Shown: one piece after another, positions 1 through 11,150 of the stretch | Layout: every line of letters begins with the position of its first letter | Numbering within the stretch: the first letter of the stretch is position 1 | Source: Mustelus asterias | Lineage: Eukaryota | Reading direction: 5' to 3' | Assembly: GCF_964213995.1 (NCBI RefSeq) | Contig: NW_027590160.1 | Coordinates: 1-64,000, forward strand | DNA: 64,000 nt | The notes under the pieces: model-generated | The model's database searches: none | Seen by the model: only the letters and a program-made list of their open reading frames with translations | Told to the model about the DNA's origin: nothing | Program-made: the position numbers and the translations under genes

Positions 1-64
1 TCTCTGAATGAAGATTGAGCTTCAGACAGGCTCAAACTTCCTTCTGTCTTCAACATCTGTGAGT
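1..64 (+). other. 3' end of a putative non-coding 5' exon of ZNF unit 1 with splice donor
   Basis: CAACATCT|GTGAGT donor at 59-64; homologous sequence at 26231-26281 and, reverse-complemented, at about 13880-13978 upstream of ZNF unit 2. Confidence 0.5.
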
Positions 65-139
65 AAAACACTTTCTTTTCTCACCCTTTCCATTTTGTTT
101 CTCATTCTGGGGGAAATTGTTGACTTGCAGCAACTGATC

Positions 140-1664
140 ACGAGAAATAGAAACAGGAGCGGCCACCAGGCCCTTGAAGCCTGTCCCGCCATTCAATCCG
201 ATCATAGCTGACTGATGCCGGTTTCAACTCCTTTACTGTGCCATTTCCCCATAGCCCTGTATTCCCCGATCTATCAAATATGTATCCCCCTCCACTTTAA
301 ATACTTCTAACGATCCAGCCTCCACCACCCTTTGGGGCGGGGAATTCCAGAGCTTCATCATCCTCTATGAGAAGAAATTCCTGCACACCTCAGTTTTAAA
401 TGACTGACCCTTTATTTTGTTTGAGACTCTCCCACTCGTGACAATATCTCACCATCTACCCTGTCAAGCCCCCTCAGGATCTGAAATGTTTCAATAACTC
501 CCTTGTCTTCAAAACGTCAAGGAACACAGACCTTGACAATTTACTCCCTCTTGATAGGACAACCCTCCTATCCCAGGAATTAGCCTGGTGAATTTCCTTT
601 GGACTATGTCCAATATTACTATATCCTTACTTAGGTAAGGGGATCAAAACTGTATGCATTATCCCAGGTGAGGCATCACCAACACACTGTACAGTTGCAA
701 CAAAACCTCCCTGTTTTTAAACTCCAACCCCTTTGCAATAAAAGCCAAAATGCCATTTTCCTCCTTAACTCGTGTGGGACCTGCCTGCTAGCTTTTTGTG
801 ATTCATGCACAAGAACACCAAGATCCCTCTGTACTTCACTCACCGGCAGCCTCTCTCCATTTAGATAATCTCCCTGTTGATTCCTCCTACTGAAATACAT
901 GACCTCACACTTCCCCACTTTAAACTCCATTTGCCAGGTTTAGAAGACAGAGGGGTGACTTTATTGCATCTTCCCCAACTCTCGACTTATCTTTCCCGGC
1001 CCTATCCCTGTAGCCCTACATTTTTACCCCACTAATCCACCTAATCTACATCTATTGGGACACAAAGGGGCAATTTAGCATGGCCAATCAATCTAACCCG
1101 CACATCTTTGGACTGTGGGAAGAACCTGGAGAACTCAGAAATCCACACAGACATGGAGAGAATGTGCATACTCCACACAGACTGTCACCCAAGGCTGGGA
1201 TTGAACGCAGGTCCCTGGCACTGAGGCAGCAGTGCTAACCACTGTGCTGCCATGGCGCCATATCTAAATAAACTACAGATTTCTCGCGATCTACCCTCCT
1301 TCTTATATCCTCAAACAATTCAAGCAAATTTGTCAAACATAATTTATCTTTCTGAGAACCATGTTGACGAGGTTTGATTATATTCAGCTTTCCTAAATGA
1401 TTAGCTATTTGCTCTTTGATTATTGACTCCAGCGTCTTGCCAATAATAGATGTTAAATTAACTGGCCTCTAGTTCCCTGCCTTCTGCCTTTCTCCCTTTT
1501 TGACCAAGGGAGTCACATTGGCTGACTGCCAATCTTCTGATACTCTCCCGGAATCTAGCAAGTTACAAAAAATTTCAACAAAATTCTCCACTATCTCTTC
1601 AGCAACCTCCATTAAAAAGCTGGCACGCAGTTCATTGGGTCCTGGTGATTTGTCCGCCCTTAGT
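140..1664 (-). mobile_element. Degenerate CR1 LINE fragment (RT and 3' end) inserted in a ZNF intron, interrupted by a SINE
   Basis: Minus ORF 676-930 MEFKVGKCEVMYF...QRDLGVLVHES matches the CR1 ORF2 C-terminus; QHGF/CLTNLLE-like remnant near 1310-1365; ACTGA on both flanks; uninterrupted paralogous site at about 13885-13900. Confidence 0.8.
1000..1252 (-). mobile_element. tRNA-derived V-SINE (HE1-like)
   Basis: Reverse complement begins GGCAGCACAGTGGTTAGCACTGCTGCCTCA with a B-box-like GTTCAATCC, same body as the other copies. Confidence 0.85.
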
Positions 1665-2004
1665 CACTGAAGGGAAAGGAAGTGAGTCCAGTCTATATAA
1701 TCCATACATTTTTGGTCCAGTCATATAGACATACATCTGTCTGGCAGCCTGCATGGAGATTTCCAGCTCTCTGTGTCCAGGACAGGAAGCAGTGAGCATG
1801 GATCTGTCAATCAGCACCTTCAGGAGAATATGGAGGGTGAATATTAGATACAGCAGAGTGAGAATGGAGGGAGAGTGTGTGGGATGGAGATTCACAGCTT
1901 TTGGGGAATGAGAGAGAAAAGAATGTTCCTTAGAAACTTGATTTGTCTGTTCGGAATTTCTATCCTGTGCTGACACTGATGACTTTTGTAAATTCCTTTT
2001 ACAG

Positions 2005-2365
<361 letters not shown>

Positions 2366-3208
2366 ATGGGGAAACTGTGGAAATGTGGGGACTGTGGGAA
2401 GGGATACATGTGCCCATCTCGGCTGGAAATTCATCGACGCAGTCACACTGGGGAGAGGCCCTTCAGCTGCTGTGTGTGTGGAAAGGGATTCACTCAGTCA
2501 TCCGAACTGCGGACACACCAACTAGTTCACACTGGGAAGAGGCCATTCACCTGCTCTGTGTGTAGGAAGGGATTCACTCAGTCATCCAGCCTGCAGAAAC
2601 ACCAGCGGGTTCACACTGGGAAGAAGCCATTCACCTGCTGCGTGTGTGGGAAGAGATTCAGTCAGTTATCCAACCAGCAGAGACACCAGCGAGTTCACAC
2701 TGGGGAGAGACCATTCACCTGCCCTGTGTGTGGGAAGGGATTCCGTCAGTTATCCACCCTGCGGACACACCAGCGAGTTCACACTGGGGAGAGACCATTC
2801 ACCTGCACTGTGTGTGGGAAGGGATTCACTCAATTATCCACCCTGCAGAAACATCAGCGAGTTCATACCGGAGAGAGGCCGTTCACCTGCTCTCAGCGTG
2901 AGAAAGGATTCACCAAGTCTTCCAGCCTGCAGACACACCAGCGAGTTCACACTGGGGAGAGACCATTCACCTGCTCTCAGTGTGGGAAGGGATTTATTGC
3001 CTCATCCAGTCTGCAGACACACCAGCGAGTTCACACCGGACAGAGGCCATTCACCTGCCCGAAGTGTGAGAAGGGATTCACTAACTCATCCAGCCTGCGG
3101 ACACACCAGCGAGTTCACACTGGGGAGAGGCCGTTCACCTGCTCTCAGTGTGGGAAGGGATTCAGAGTTTCATCCCAGCTGCTGAGACACCAGCAAATTC
3201 ACGAGTGA
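2366..3208 (+). CDS. C2H2 zinc-finger protein, 10 fingers (finger 7 has C>R), no effector domain (ZNF unit 1)
   Basis: 280-aa ORF of CxxC-x12-HxxxH repeats with TGERPF linkers. Confidence 0.9.
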   Translation: MGKLWKCGDCGKGYMCPSRLEIHRRSHTGERPFSCCVCGKGFTQSSELRTHQLVHTGKRPFTCSVCRKGFTQSSSLQKHQRVHTGKKPFTCCVCGKRFSQLSNQQRHQRVHTGERPFTCPVCGKGFRQLSTLRTHQRVHTGERPFTCTVCGKGFTQLSTLQKHQRVHTGERPFTCSQREKGFTKSSSLQTHQRVHTGERPFTCSQCGKGFIASSSLQTHQRVHTGQRPFTCPKCEKGFTNSSSLRTHQRVHTGERPFTCSQCGKGFRVSSQLLRHQQIHE

Positions 3209-3399
3209 TTCCAGGGGTTGGATTCTGCTGTTGTTGTTTCTGCTCTCAGTTACATCCAGGACTGCATTTTGTTCATTCTCACAGTTGGTCAATGGGGAGG
3301 GTCAGAGGGTTTCTTTCTGCTGGACTGGCCGGTCTCACGATTTTGCCTCCAGTGGCTGGTGCTCGGTAGTTAAGAGATATTTAGTTAGTATTTCTGTTT

Positions 3400-3715
3400 G
3401 AAAGCCCCCAAATGCTCATCCAATTTCCTTTGTAATTGTTTATTGTCTCCACTTCCTCCACCCTCGTAGGCAGCAAGTTCCAGGTCATTACCATTCGCTG
3501 CATCAAAATATTCTTCCTCACATCGCCCCCCTCCCCGCCCCTCCACCCCCCATCCCACATATCTGAACCAAAATCTGCACCCCCTTCGTCCTTGTCCCAT
3601 CAGCTAATGGGAACAGCTTTTCTTTGTCCACCTTATCTAAACCTGTCCGAATCTTGTCCACCTCTATCAAATCTCCCCTCAACCTCCTTTGCTCCAAGGG
3701 GAACAACCCCAGCCT
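3400..3715 (-). mobile_element. CR1 3' fragment
   Basis: LGLFPLEQRRLRGDLIEVDKI on the minus strand; same insertion in the paralogous flank at 24790-25070. Confidence 0.8.
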
Positions 3716-4543
3716 GACCTTGACAATAAAGAACAAACTAACAGAATGTGTTAATACCTGAAATTAAATAGGAATGTTTAATTTCTGTTTTAAAGATATT
3801 GTGATTATACTTTCCTGGACAATAAAGGAATTGGAATAACTCACCTTGGGTGTGGTTGAATGGAATATATCAATCTGGTATCCACCTACAGTCCAGTGAA
3901 AGTCTGGAATGTGTAGCTGGAAATCCCTCCCTAACAGCACTGTGGGTGTACTTACACCTCAGGCATTGTAGCAGTTCAGGAAGGCAGTGTTGGGGTTGAC
4001 CACGGCCGAGGCAGCTACACACAGCCACATATTCTGTTATAATTGAAGGACTGCAGATTGAATGTGAGGCATTATGGGACTGGACTATCTTGACCACATT
4101 CCTGTGACTGCTCAGTTTCTGCAATCACGGACCATGAAAGCTGCTTAGCAGGGCCCTGATAGAGGACCTGGTGAGAATATTTACTCAGAATGAGTGAGAA
4201 TTAAACTTATTCCAGGACTGGCTGGTGTTCAGCGGCTGAGATACTTGAATCTGTAAAAAGGGGGTCTGACCAATCAACAAACGATGATAGGTAGTTGGTT
4301 CAAAGCGTTTTCAGGCATTATTTAAATTATTTTATCATATATTTGTGACCTGATAGTCGGTGAAGTGACGGCATACTCCAAGTAGCAATGGACTGAAAAG
4401 CGGACCTCTGAGAGTAGATTCTAATAGTTATAATCTTACCCAAGCATGGCCAGTGAAAAATCAGAGCTCAATTGGGGACTGGACAGGTCTCTTACCTGCC
4501 ATTTGGAAACTAAGAACAAGAAACATATTGATTAAAATGATAA

Positions 4544-4720
4544 GAGAATAGAGCCAATCTTTCGAGTCTGGATTACATTTCAGAAGAGCTCTTATGAAGG
4601 GTCATCCAGACTCGAAACATTGGCTCTATTCTCTCTCCACAGATGCTGTCAGACCTGCTGAGATTTTCCAGCATTTTCTGTTTTTGTTTCAGATTCCAGA
4701 ATCTGCAGTATTTTACTTTT
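4544..4720 (+). mobile_element. Penelope-type terminal-repeat element with inverted head and degenerate hammerhead motif
   Basis: Inverted repeat GAGAATAGAGCCAA...TTGGCTCTATTCTC; core CTTATGA-A-GGGTC/GACTC-GAAA at about 4591-4617; ATGATAA direct repeat on both flanks. Confidence 0.6.
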
Positions 4721-5066
4721 ATGATAAAATGATTAGTTCTGATTGGAATCCCCACGACCCTCCCGCAAAACAGAGGGAGTGGTGGCAAAAGGAGATAAAG
4801 GATAAAAAGGAGATAAAGGGTTTAAAATCGGAGGTTTTTTTCATAACCGGAAGTAGGGCCAGGAGAGGCCAGGGGAAGTTTTTGGAGGGTTTAAAAGTGC
4901 ACCAAAGTATACAGCGGGCAGCATCGTAGCGGGCAGCAGAGTGAGTGGGAAGTTGAGTGAGCTGTCAGGGCTTTGGCTCACAGGGCTTGGACGAGCAGGG
5001 GTGAGTTTTTGTTTCCTTACACTCTTATTAACTTTTCACGGTCTTACTTGACATAAAGTGTCCAGT

Positions 5067-5996
5067 ATGAGTGTGAAACCAGTGTGCTGTTCCCAGTGTA
5101 GGATGTGGGAGGTCCTGGAGGCATCTGGCCTCCCGGACATCCACATCTGTGAGGGGTGTGTCGAGCTGCGGTTCCTGAGGGACCGTGTTAGGGAGCTGGA
5201 ACTGCAGCTCGAGGATCTTAGGCTGATGAGGGAGAATGAGGAGGTGATAGACAAGAGCTATCATCAGGTGGTCACACCAGGGCCACGGGAGGAGGCCAAG
5301 TGGGTGACGGCCAGGAAGGGTAAGGCTAGGGTGGTTGAGAGCACCCCGGTGGATTTGCCCCTGCACAACAAGTACTCCTGCTTGAGTACTGCTGGGGGGG
5401 ACAGCCCGCCTGGGGGAAGCAGCAGTGGCCGTGTCTCCGCAGTGGAGTCCAGCCCTGTAACTCAGAGGGCTAAGGAAAAGAGGAGGAAGGCGGTATTAAT
5501 CGGGGACTCGATGGTGAAGGGGACAGACAGGCGTTTCTGCGGAGGTAGGCGGGATTCTCGCATGGTGGTCTGCCTCCCTGGGGCCGGGATCCAGGATGTC
5601 GCTCGTCGCGTCCCGGAAATCCTGAGGTGGGAGGGAGAGGAGCCTGAGGTAGCGGTACATATTGGTACCGCTGATGTGGGTAGGAAGGGAGAAGGGGTCA
5701 TGAAAAAGGAGTACAGGGAATTAGGGAGACAGCTGAGAAAGAGGAAAGCAAAGGTAGTAATCTCAGGATTACTGCCTGTGCCACGGGAAGGTGAGGGCAG
5801 GAATGGAGTGAGGTGGAGGATGAATGTGTGGCTGAGGGACTGGTGCAGGGGGCAGGGATTCAGGTTCCTGGACCATTGGGACCTCTTTAGGGGCAGGGGT
5901 GATCTGTATACAAAAAACGGGTGGAACTTGAATCACACGGGGACCAATATCCTGGCCGGTAGGTTGGCTAAGGCTACTGGGGAGAATTTAAACTAG
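5067..5996 (+). CDS. CR1 ORF1p (zinc finger/coiled coil plus SGNH-esterase-like domain)
   Basis: CSQC...CEGC motif, leucine-rich heptads, LIGDSM, HIGTAD, ISGLLPVP motifs. Confidence 0.9.
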   Translation: MSVKPVCCSQCRMWEVLEASGLPDIHICEGCVELRFLRDRVRELELQLEDLRLMRENEEVIDKSYHQVVTPGPREEAKWVTARKGKARVVESTPVDLPLHNKYSCLSTAGGDSPPGGSSSGRVSAVESSPVTQRAKEKRRKAVLIGDSMVKGTDRRFCGGRRDSRMVVCLPGAGIQDVARRVPEILRWEGEEPEVAVHIGTADVGRKGEGVMKKEYRELGRQLRKRKAKVVISGLLPVPREGEGRNGVRWRMNVWLRDWCRGQGFRFLDHWDLFRGRGDLYTKNGWNLNHTGTNILAGRLAKATGENLN

Positions 5997-6001
5997 ATAG
6001 G

Positions 6002-9000
6002 TTGGGGGGAGGGGAGCTAGAAGAGTTGACCAGGATCAAGGAACTAATTGATGGGGGGGAGGATGCAGGGGTAAGGGGAATTACAAAATTAATGGTAGAG
6101 GAGAGGGTGCAAGTGAATGAAGGCGGTAATTTAGAAAAGGGAGTAGAGGGAGAGGGTGTTCGCGACTCATCAAAGCGGGTCCAGATAAAAGCTGGAATAA
6201 GGACACTTTGCCTGAATGCACGAAGCATTCGGAACAAGGTAAATGAGTTGATGGTGCAAATCAGCACAAGTGGGTACGATCTAGTGGCCATTACAGAAAC
6301 GTGGCTGAAAGGTGACCAGGACTGGGAGATGAATATCCAGGGGTATCAGGCGTTTAGGAAGAATAGACAGGAAGGAAAAGGTGGTGGGGTCGCGCTATTA
6401 ATAAGAGATAATATCAGGGTAGTACTGAGGGATGACATAGGCTCTGAGGAACAAAACGTGGAATCATTATGGGTAGAGATGAGGAATAGTAGAGGGAGAA
6501 AGACACTAGTAGGTGTGGTATATAGGCCCCCAAATAATAATGTTGAGGTAGGGAGGGCTATAAACAAGCAGATAAGGGATGCGTGTAAAAACGGAACGGC
6601 AATAATCATGGGGGACTTCAACATGCACATTGACTGGCAGACTCAAGTCAGTAAGGGTGGAATGGAGGAAGAGTTCTTAGAATGCTGTCGGGATAGTTTC
6701 CTTGAACAGCATGTTACGGAACCGACGAGGGAACGAGCTATTTTGGATCTGGTATTGTGTAACGAGGTAGGTAGAATTAAGGATCTTATTGTGAAGGACC
6801 CTCTTGGGTCTAGTGACCACAATATGGTCGAATTTCTGATTCAGATGGAAGAGGAGAAAGTTTGGTCCCAAACCAGTGTCCTCTGTTTGAACAGAGGGAA
6901 ATATGATAGGATGAGGGATGAATTGGCTAAGGTAGACTGGGAGAGCAGGCTGGCAGGTAGGATAGCTGAGGAACAGTGGAGGATTTTTAAGGAGATCCTT
7001 TTCAGTTCTCAGCAAAAATATATTCCAGCAAAAAACAAGGATTGTAAGAAAAGGGAGAACCAGCCGTGGACAACGAAGGAAATAAAGGAGAGTATTAAAA
7101 TAAAAACAGCTGCGTACAGAGTGGCCAAAAATAGTGGAGAAACAAGTGATTGGGAAAAATTTAAGAAACAACAAAGAGAGACTAAGAAAGCGATAAAGAA
7201 AGGAAGGATAGACTATGAAGCTAGGCTAGCAATTAATATAAAAAATGATAGTAAAAGTTTTTATAAATATATAAAAAGGAATAGAGTGGCTAGAGTGAAT
7301 GTTGGACCCTTGGAGGACGAGAGGGGGGAGTTAATAGTGGGAAATGAGGATATGGCTGAGTCTTTAAATAAGTTTTTTGTGTCGGTCTTCACGGTGGACG
7401 ACACAAATAGTTTGCCAAATATTAACGATAGAGGGTTGGCAGCAGGAGAAATACTTAATACAATTAATGTTACCAGAGAGGCAGTGCTGGGTAGACTAAT
7501 GGGACTGAAGGTGGACAAGTCCCCGGGTCCGGATGGAATGCATCCCAGGGTATTGAAAGAAACGTCAGAGGTAATAGAGGATGCGTTAGTGATTATTTAT
7601 CAAAACTCGTTGCATTCTGGGGTAGTGCCGGTTGATTGGAAAACGGCTAATGTTACGCCGCTGTTTAAAAAAGGAAGGAGACAAAAGGCGGGTAACTATA
7701 GGCCGGTCAGCTTAACGTCTGTAGTAGGGAAAATGCTGGAATCCATTATTAAAGAGGAGATAGCAGGGCATCTGGATAGAAATGGTTCGATCAATCAGAC
7801 GCAGCATGGATTCATGAGGGGAAAGTCGTGCTTGACGAACATGTTGGATTTTTATGAAGATGTGACTAGGGCGGTTGATGGAGGAGAACCGGTGGATGCG
7901 GTGTTTTTGGATTTCCAAAAGACGTTTGATAAGGTGCCCCATAAAAGGCTGCTGAAGAAGATTAGGGCACACGGAGTTGGGGGTAGTGTGTTAAAGTGGA
8001 TTGGGGACTGGCTATCCGACAGGAAGCAAAGAGTCGGAATAAATGGGTGTTTTTCCGGTTGGAGGAAGGTAACTAGTGGCGTGCCGCAGGGATCGGTACT
8101 CGGGCCGCAACTGTTTACCATTTATATAGATGATCTGGAGGAGGGGACGGAGTGTAGGGTAACGAAGTTTGCAGACGACACAAAGATAAGTGGAAAAGTG
8201 AATCGTGTGGAGGACGGAGAAGATCTGCAGAGAGATTTGGACAGGCTGAGTGAGTGGGCGAGGATATGGCAAATGGAGTATAACGTTGAGAAATGCGAGG
8301 TTATACACTTTGGAGGAAATAATAACAAATGGGATTACTATCTCAATGGAAACAAATTAAAACATGCTACCGTGCAAAGGGACCTGGGGGTCCTTGTGCA
8401 TGAGACGCAAAAGCCCAGTCTGCAGGTACAACAGGTGATCAAGAAGGCAAATGGGATGTTGGCCTATATTGCGAGGGGGATAGAATATAAAAGCAGGGAT
8501 GTCTTGATGCACCTGTACAGGGCATTGGTGAGACCGCAGCTGGAATACTGTGTGCAGTATTGGTCCCCTTGTATGAGGAAGGATATATTGGCATTGGAGG
8601 GAGTGCAGAGAAGGTTCACCAGGTTGATACCGGAGATGAGGGGTTTGGATTATGAGGAGAGGCTGAGGAGATTGGGTTTGTACTTGTTGGAGTTTAGAAG
8701 GATGAGGGGGGATCTTATGGAGACTTATAAGATAATGCAGGGGCTGGATAGGGTGGAGGCGGAGAGATTCTTTCCACTTAGTAAGGAAGTTAAAACTAGA
8801 GGACACAGCCTCAAAATAAAGGGGGGTCGGTTTAAGACAGAGTTGAGGAGGAACTTCTTCTCCCAGAGGGTGGTGAATCTCTGGAATTCTCTGCCCACTG
8901 AGGTGGTGGAGGCTACCTCGCTGAATATGTTTAAAGCGCGGATGGATGGATTCCTGATCGGTAAGGGAATTAAGGGTTATGGGGATCAGGCGGGTAAGTG

Positions 9001-9007
9001 GTACTGA
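6002..9007 (+). CDS. CR1 ORF2p (APE endonuclease and reverse transcriptase); true start uncertain
   Basis: LNARS, ITETW, GDFN, SDH (APE); QHGF, PQGSVLGP, FADD (RT); uninterrupted about 1000 aa; first ATG at 6092; frame open back to 5972. Confidence 0.93.
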   Translation: MGGGELEELTRIKELIDGGEDAGVRGITKLMVEERVQVNEGGNLEKGVEGEGVRDSSKRVQIKAGIRTLCLNARSIRNKVNELMVQISTSGYDLVAITETWLKGDQDWEMNIQGYQAFRKNRQEGKGGGVALLIRDNIRVVLRDDIGSEEQNVESLWVEMRNSRGRKTLVGVVYRPPNNNVEVGRAINKQIRDACKNGTAIIMGDFNMHIDWQTQVSKGGMEEEFLECCRDSFLEQHVTEPTRERAILDLVLCNEVGRIKDLIVKDPLGSSDHNMVEFLIQMEEEKVWSQTSVLCLNRGKYDRMRDELAKVDWESRLAGRIAEEQWRIFKEILFSSQQKYIPAKNKDCKKRENQPWTTKEIKESIKIKTAAYRVAKNSGETSDWEKFKKQQRETKKAIKKGRIDYEARLAINIKNDSKSFYKYIKRNRVARVNVGPLEDERGELIVGNEDMAESLNKFFVSVFTVDDTNSLPNINDRGLAAGEILNTINVTREAVLGRLMGLKVDKSPGPDGMHPRVLKETSEVIEDALVIIYQNSLHSGVVPVDWKTANVTPLFKKGRRQKAGNYRPVSLTSVVGKMLESIIKEEIAGHLDRNGSINQTQHGFMRGKSCLTNMLDFYEDVTRAVDGGEPVDAVFLDFQKTFDKVPHKRLLKKIRAHGVGGSVLKWIGDWLSDRKQRVGINGCFSGWRKVTSGVPQGSVLGPQLFTIYIDDLEEGTECRVTKFADDTKISGKVNRVEDGEDLQRDLDRLSEWARIWQMEYNVEKCEVIHFGGNNNKWDYYLNGNKLKHATVQRDLGVLVHETQKPSLQVQQVIKKANGMLAYIARGIEYKSRDVLMHLYRALVRPQLEYCVQYWSPCMRKDILALEGVQRRFTRLIPEMRGLDYEERLRRLGLYLLEFRRMRGDLMETYKIMQGLDRVEAERFFPLSKEVKTRGHSLKIKGGRFKTELRRNFFSQRVVNLWNSLPTEVVEATSLNMFKARMDGFLIGKGIKGYGDQAGKWY

Positions 9008-9489
9008 TCCACGTCAGATCAGCCATGATCTTATTGAATGGCGGGGCAGGCTCGAGGGGCTAGATGGCCTACTCCTGCTCCTATTTCTTATGTTCTTATG
9101 TTCTTATAAGGATGATAAAGTCTGGGTTCTGATTCTCATGTAGAACTAACAAAACGAATGAATCAGTTTATAAAGAACAGAAGTGACCCATCCCTAACAA
9201 AAACTGATCAAATTAAAATAATTCGGTTGAGGAAGAAAACAAAAAGAATAATAGATGAAGTTTAAAATTAAGATTGTTTTGTTGTTAGAGATTTTTTAAA
9301 TTATGTAAAGTGATGTAATTGTGTGCCAAGTTTTTTTCTGCTCACTCCCCACCCCTTTAGGTTCAGTAGAAAAGTTAATTTGTTTTTAAATCGCCCGGAA
9401 ACTTATGTCTATTTTGCTTTATAATTGAGGATTTATGGGAACCAGTTAAATGTGGAAATTTTAAGCATAGCCACTAAGACCATATTTGC

Positions 9490-9960
9490 TTGCGGTGTGA
9501 CCCCGAGTCAGGAACAGTTTCAGAGTCAACAACCTGTTCCTGAGAACATGGCAGAGGGTCATGCTGCTGTGGATGTTCACCAGGAAATGGTTCCAGCTTT
9601 GCCAGTTGACTCTGCTGTGGGAGTGGAAGAGGAATGTTTATGTACAGATTCTCAAACTACCTCTTCACCTCCCATTCCAGAAACACCATTACAAGATTTA
9701 CCAGTGGTATTGTACAGGTCGCAATGCAACCACAAAGCTTCTGACAGACTTCCGTATTGTTAAAGACATTACTTTGTTGTATTTCTGTCCTGATGGGGGA
9801 TTGAAATTTAAGGGGAGGAGAAGTGTTACAGAGTGTTCTTCTCAACCTCTCTCCCTTCTGAGCACGTGCGGACTTTGGGCGGGGTTTCAGTCTGCAAGTC
9901 CAGGCTGGTTCCAATGCTCCTGTTTCCTTTTGTTTGCCAATGATTTTTAAACTTTGTTAT
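9490..9960 (+). mobile_element. Possible LTR-retrotransposon remnant (pol tail, PPT, start of 3' LTR)
   Basis: ...VLYRSQCNHKASDRL resembles the RRSxRxxKxPxRL Gypsy pol terminus; purine tract AAGGGGAGGAGAAG directly followed by TGTT at about 9810-9827. Confidence 0.4.
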
Positions 9961-10261
9961 TTATTTATATAAAGAACATCCTGCTTTTAACAATGCATTT
10001 GCCGACCTTATCTGTGACTGAAGTTCCCACAATTGTAAAGCAGGAGATTAGTTAAATGGACAGCCTGAATTGAGAGACAATTAAAGAATAAATGATTCAT
10101 TAATACAGTTGTTAGGCTGGAAATGTAAATTTGAACACAAAAGTTTATAACGTTTAGAATTATAAAGATATAAAGAATGTTTAAAATGCTGTGGGAATTA
10201 TAAAATGTTCCCTTCTGAGGCCAACAGAATAGAAAAAAAACAGATAACAAGACTTGTTAGC

Positions 10262-10565
10262 GTGGTGCGGTGCCACAGTGGTTAGCACTGCTGCCTCACA
10301 GCGCCAGGGACCTGGGTTCAATTCCCGGCTTGGGTGACTATGCGGAGTCTGCACGTTCTCACCCGTGTCTGCGTGGGTTTCCTCTGGGTGCTCCAGTTTG
10401 TTCCCACAGTCCAAAGGACGTGCTGGTTAGGTGGATTGACGATGGTAAATTCTCCCTCAGTGAACCCGAACAGATGCCGGAGTGTTGCGACTAGGGGGAT
10501 TTTCCCAATAACTTCATTGCAGTGTTAATGTCAGCCTACTTGTGACACTAATAAATAAACTTTAA
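10262..10565 (+). mobile_element. HE1-like SINE, tail type B
   Basis: CACAGTGGTTAGCACTGCTGCCTCACAG head; tail ...TAACTTCATTGCAGTGTTAATG...AATAAATAAACTTT. Confidence 0.85.
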
Positions 10566-10884
10566 AACATTGTTAACATTGACTGGAGGGAATGAATCAG
10601 CTCCTGTTCAAGATGTCTCAACATTGAATGACTGATGTTAACCAATTATTGGTCAACACTCAGGCTCCCCCAAGCTAAGAGATATCGGTTGAGAGAAAGA
10701 ATTGTCTTAAAATTCAGACAATTTGTGCAACTAGCTAAAAACCAAACCAGTTTCATTATTGACAAGTTATAGACCAATTGGCTAATTCCCAACAATTGGC
10801 TGAGCTGGGCTTTCTACATTCTGAAAGTATAAAAAAGGGGATTCGAGAAACCAATTTGGCAGAAGTTTTTAAAAGTTCAAGGTT

Positions 10885-11150
10885 TTTTTAAGTTTATTTA
10901 TTAGTGTCACACATTCACACTGCAATGAAGTTACTCTGAAAATCCCCTAGTCGCCACTCTGGCGCCTGTTCGGGTAAACTGAGGGAGAATTTAGCATGCT
11001 CAATGTACCTAACCAGCAAGTCCTTCGGTCTGTGGGAGAAAACCCACACAGACAGGGGGAATATACAGACTCTGCACAGACAGTGACCGAAGGCAGAACT
11101 CAAACCTGGGTCTCTGGCGCTGTGAGGCAGCAGTGCGAACCACTGTGTCC
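10885..11150 (-). mobile_element. HE1-like SINE, tail type B
   Basis: Reverse-complement match to 10262-10565. Confidence 0.8.

Larger units (their letters stand above)
4745..9106 (+). mobile_element. Full-length, apparently intact CR1 LINE
   Basis: 5' UTR, ORF1, ORF2 and (TTCTTATG)n-type 3' tail at 9085-9106; 5' boundary approximate. Confidence 0.93.

Noticed and set aside
4721-4744. Target-site duplication for the intact CR1 (GTTCTGATT at 4736 and 9126)
   Set aside because: The right copy lies 19 bp beyond the tail and the longer match is imperfect; not reliable enough to fix the boundary.
5028-8806. Antisense ORFs over the CR1 element
   Set aside because: Shadows of ORF1 and ORF2 with no independent motifs.
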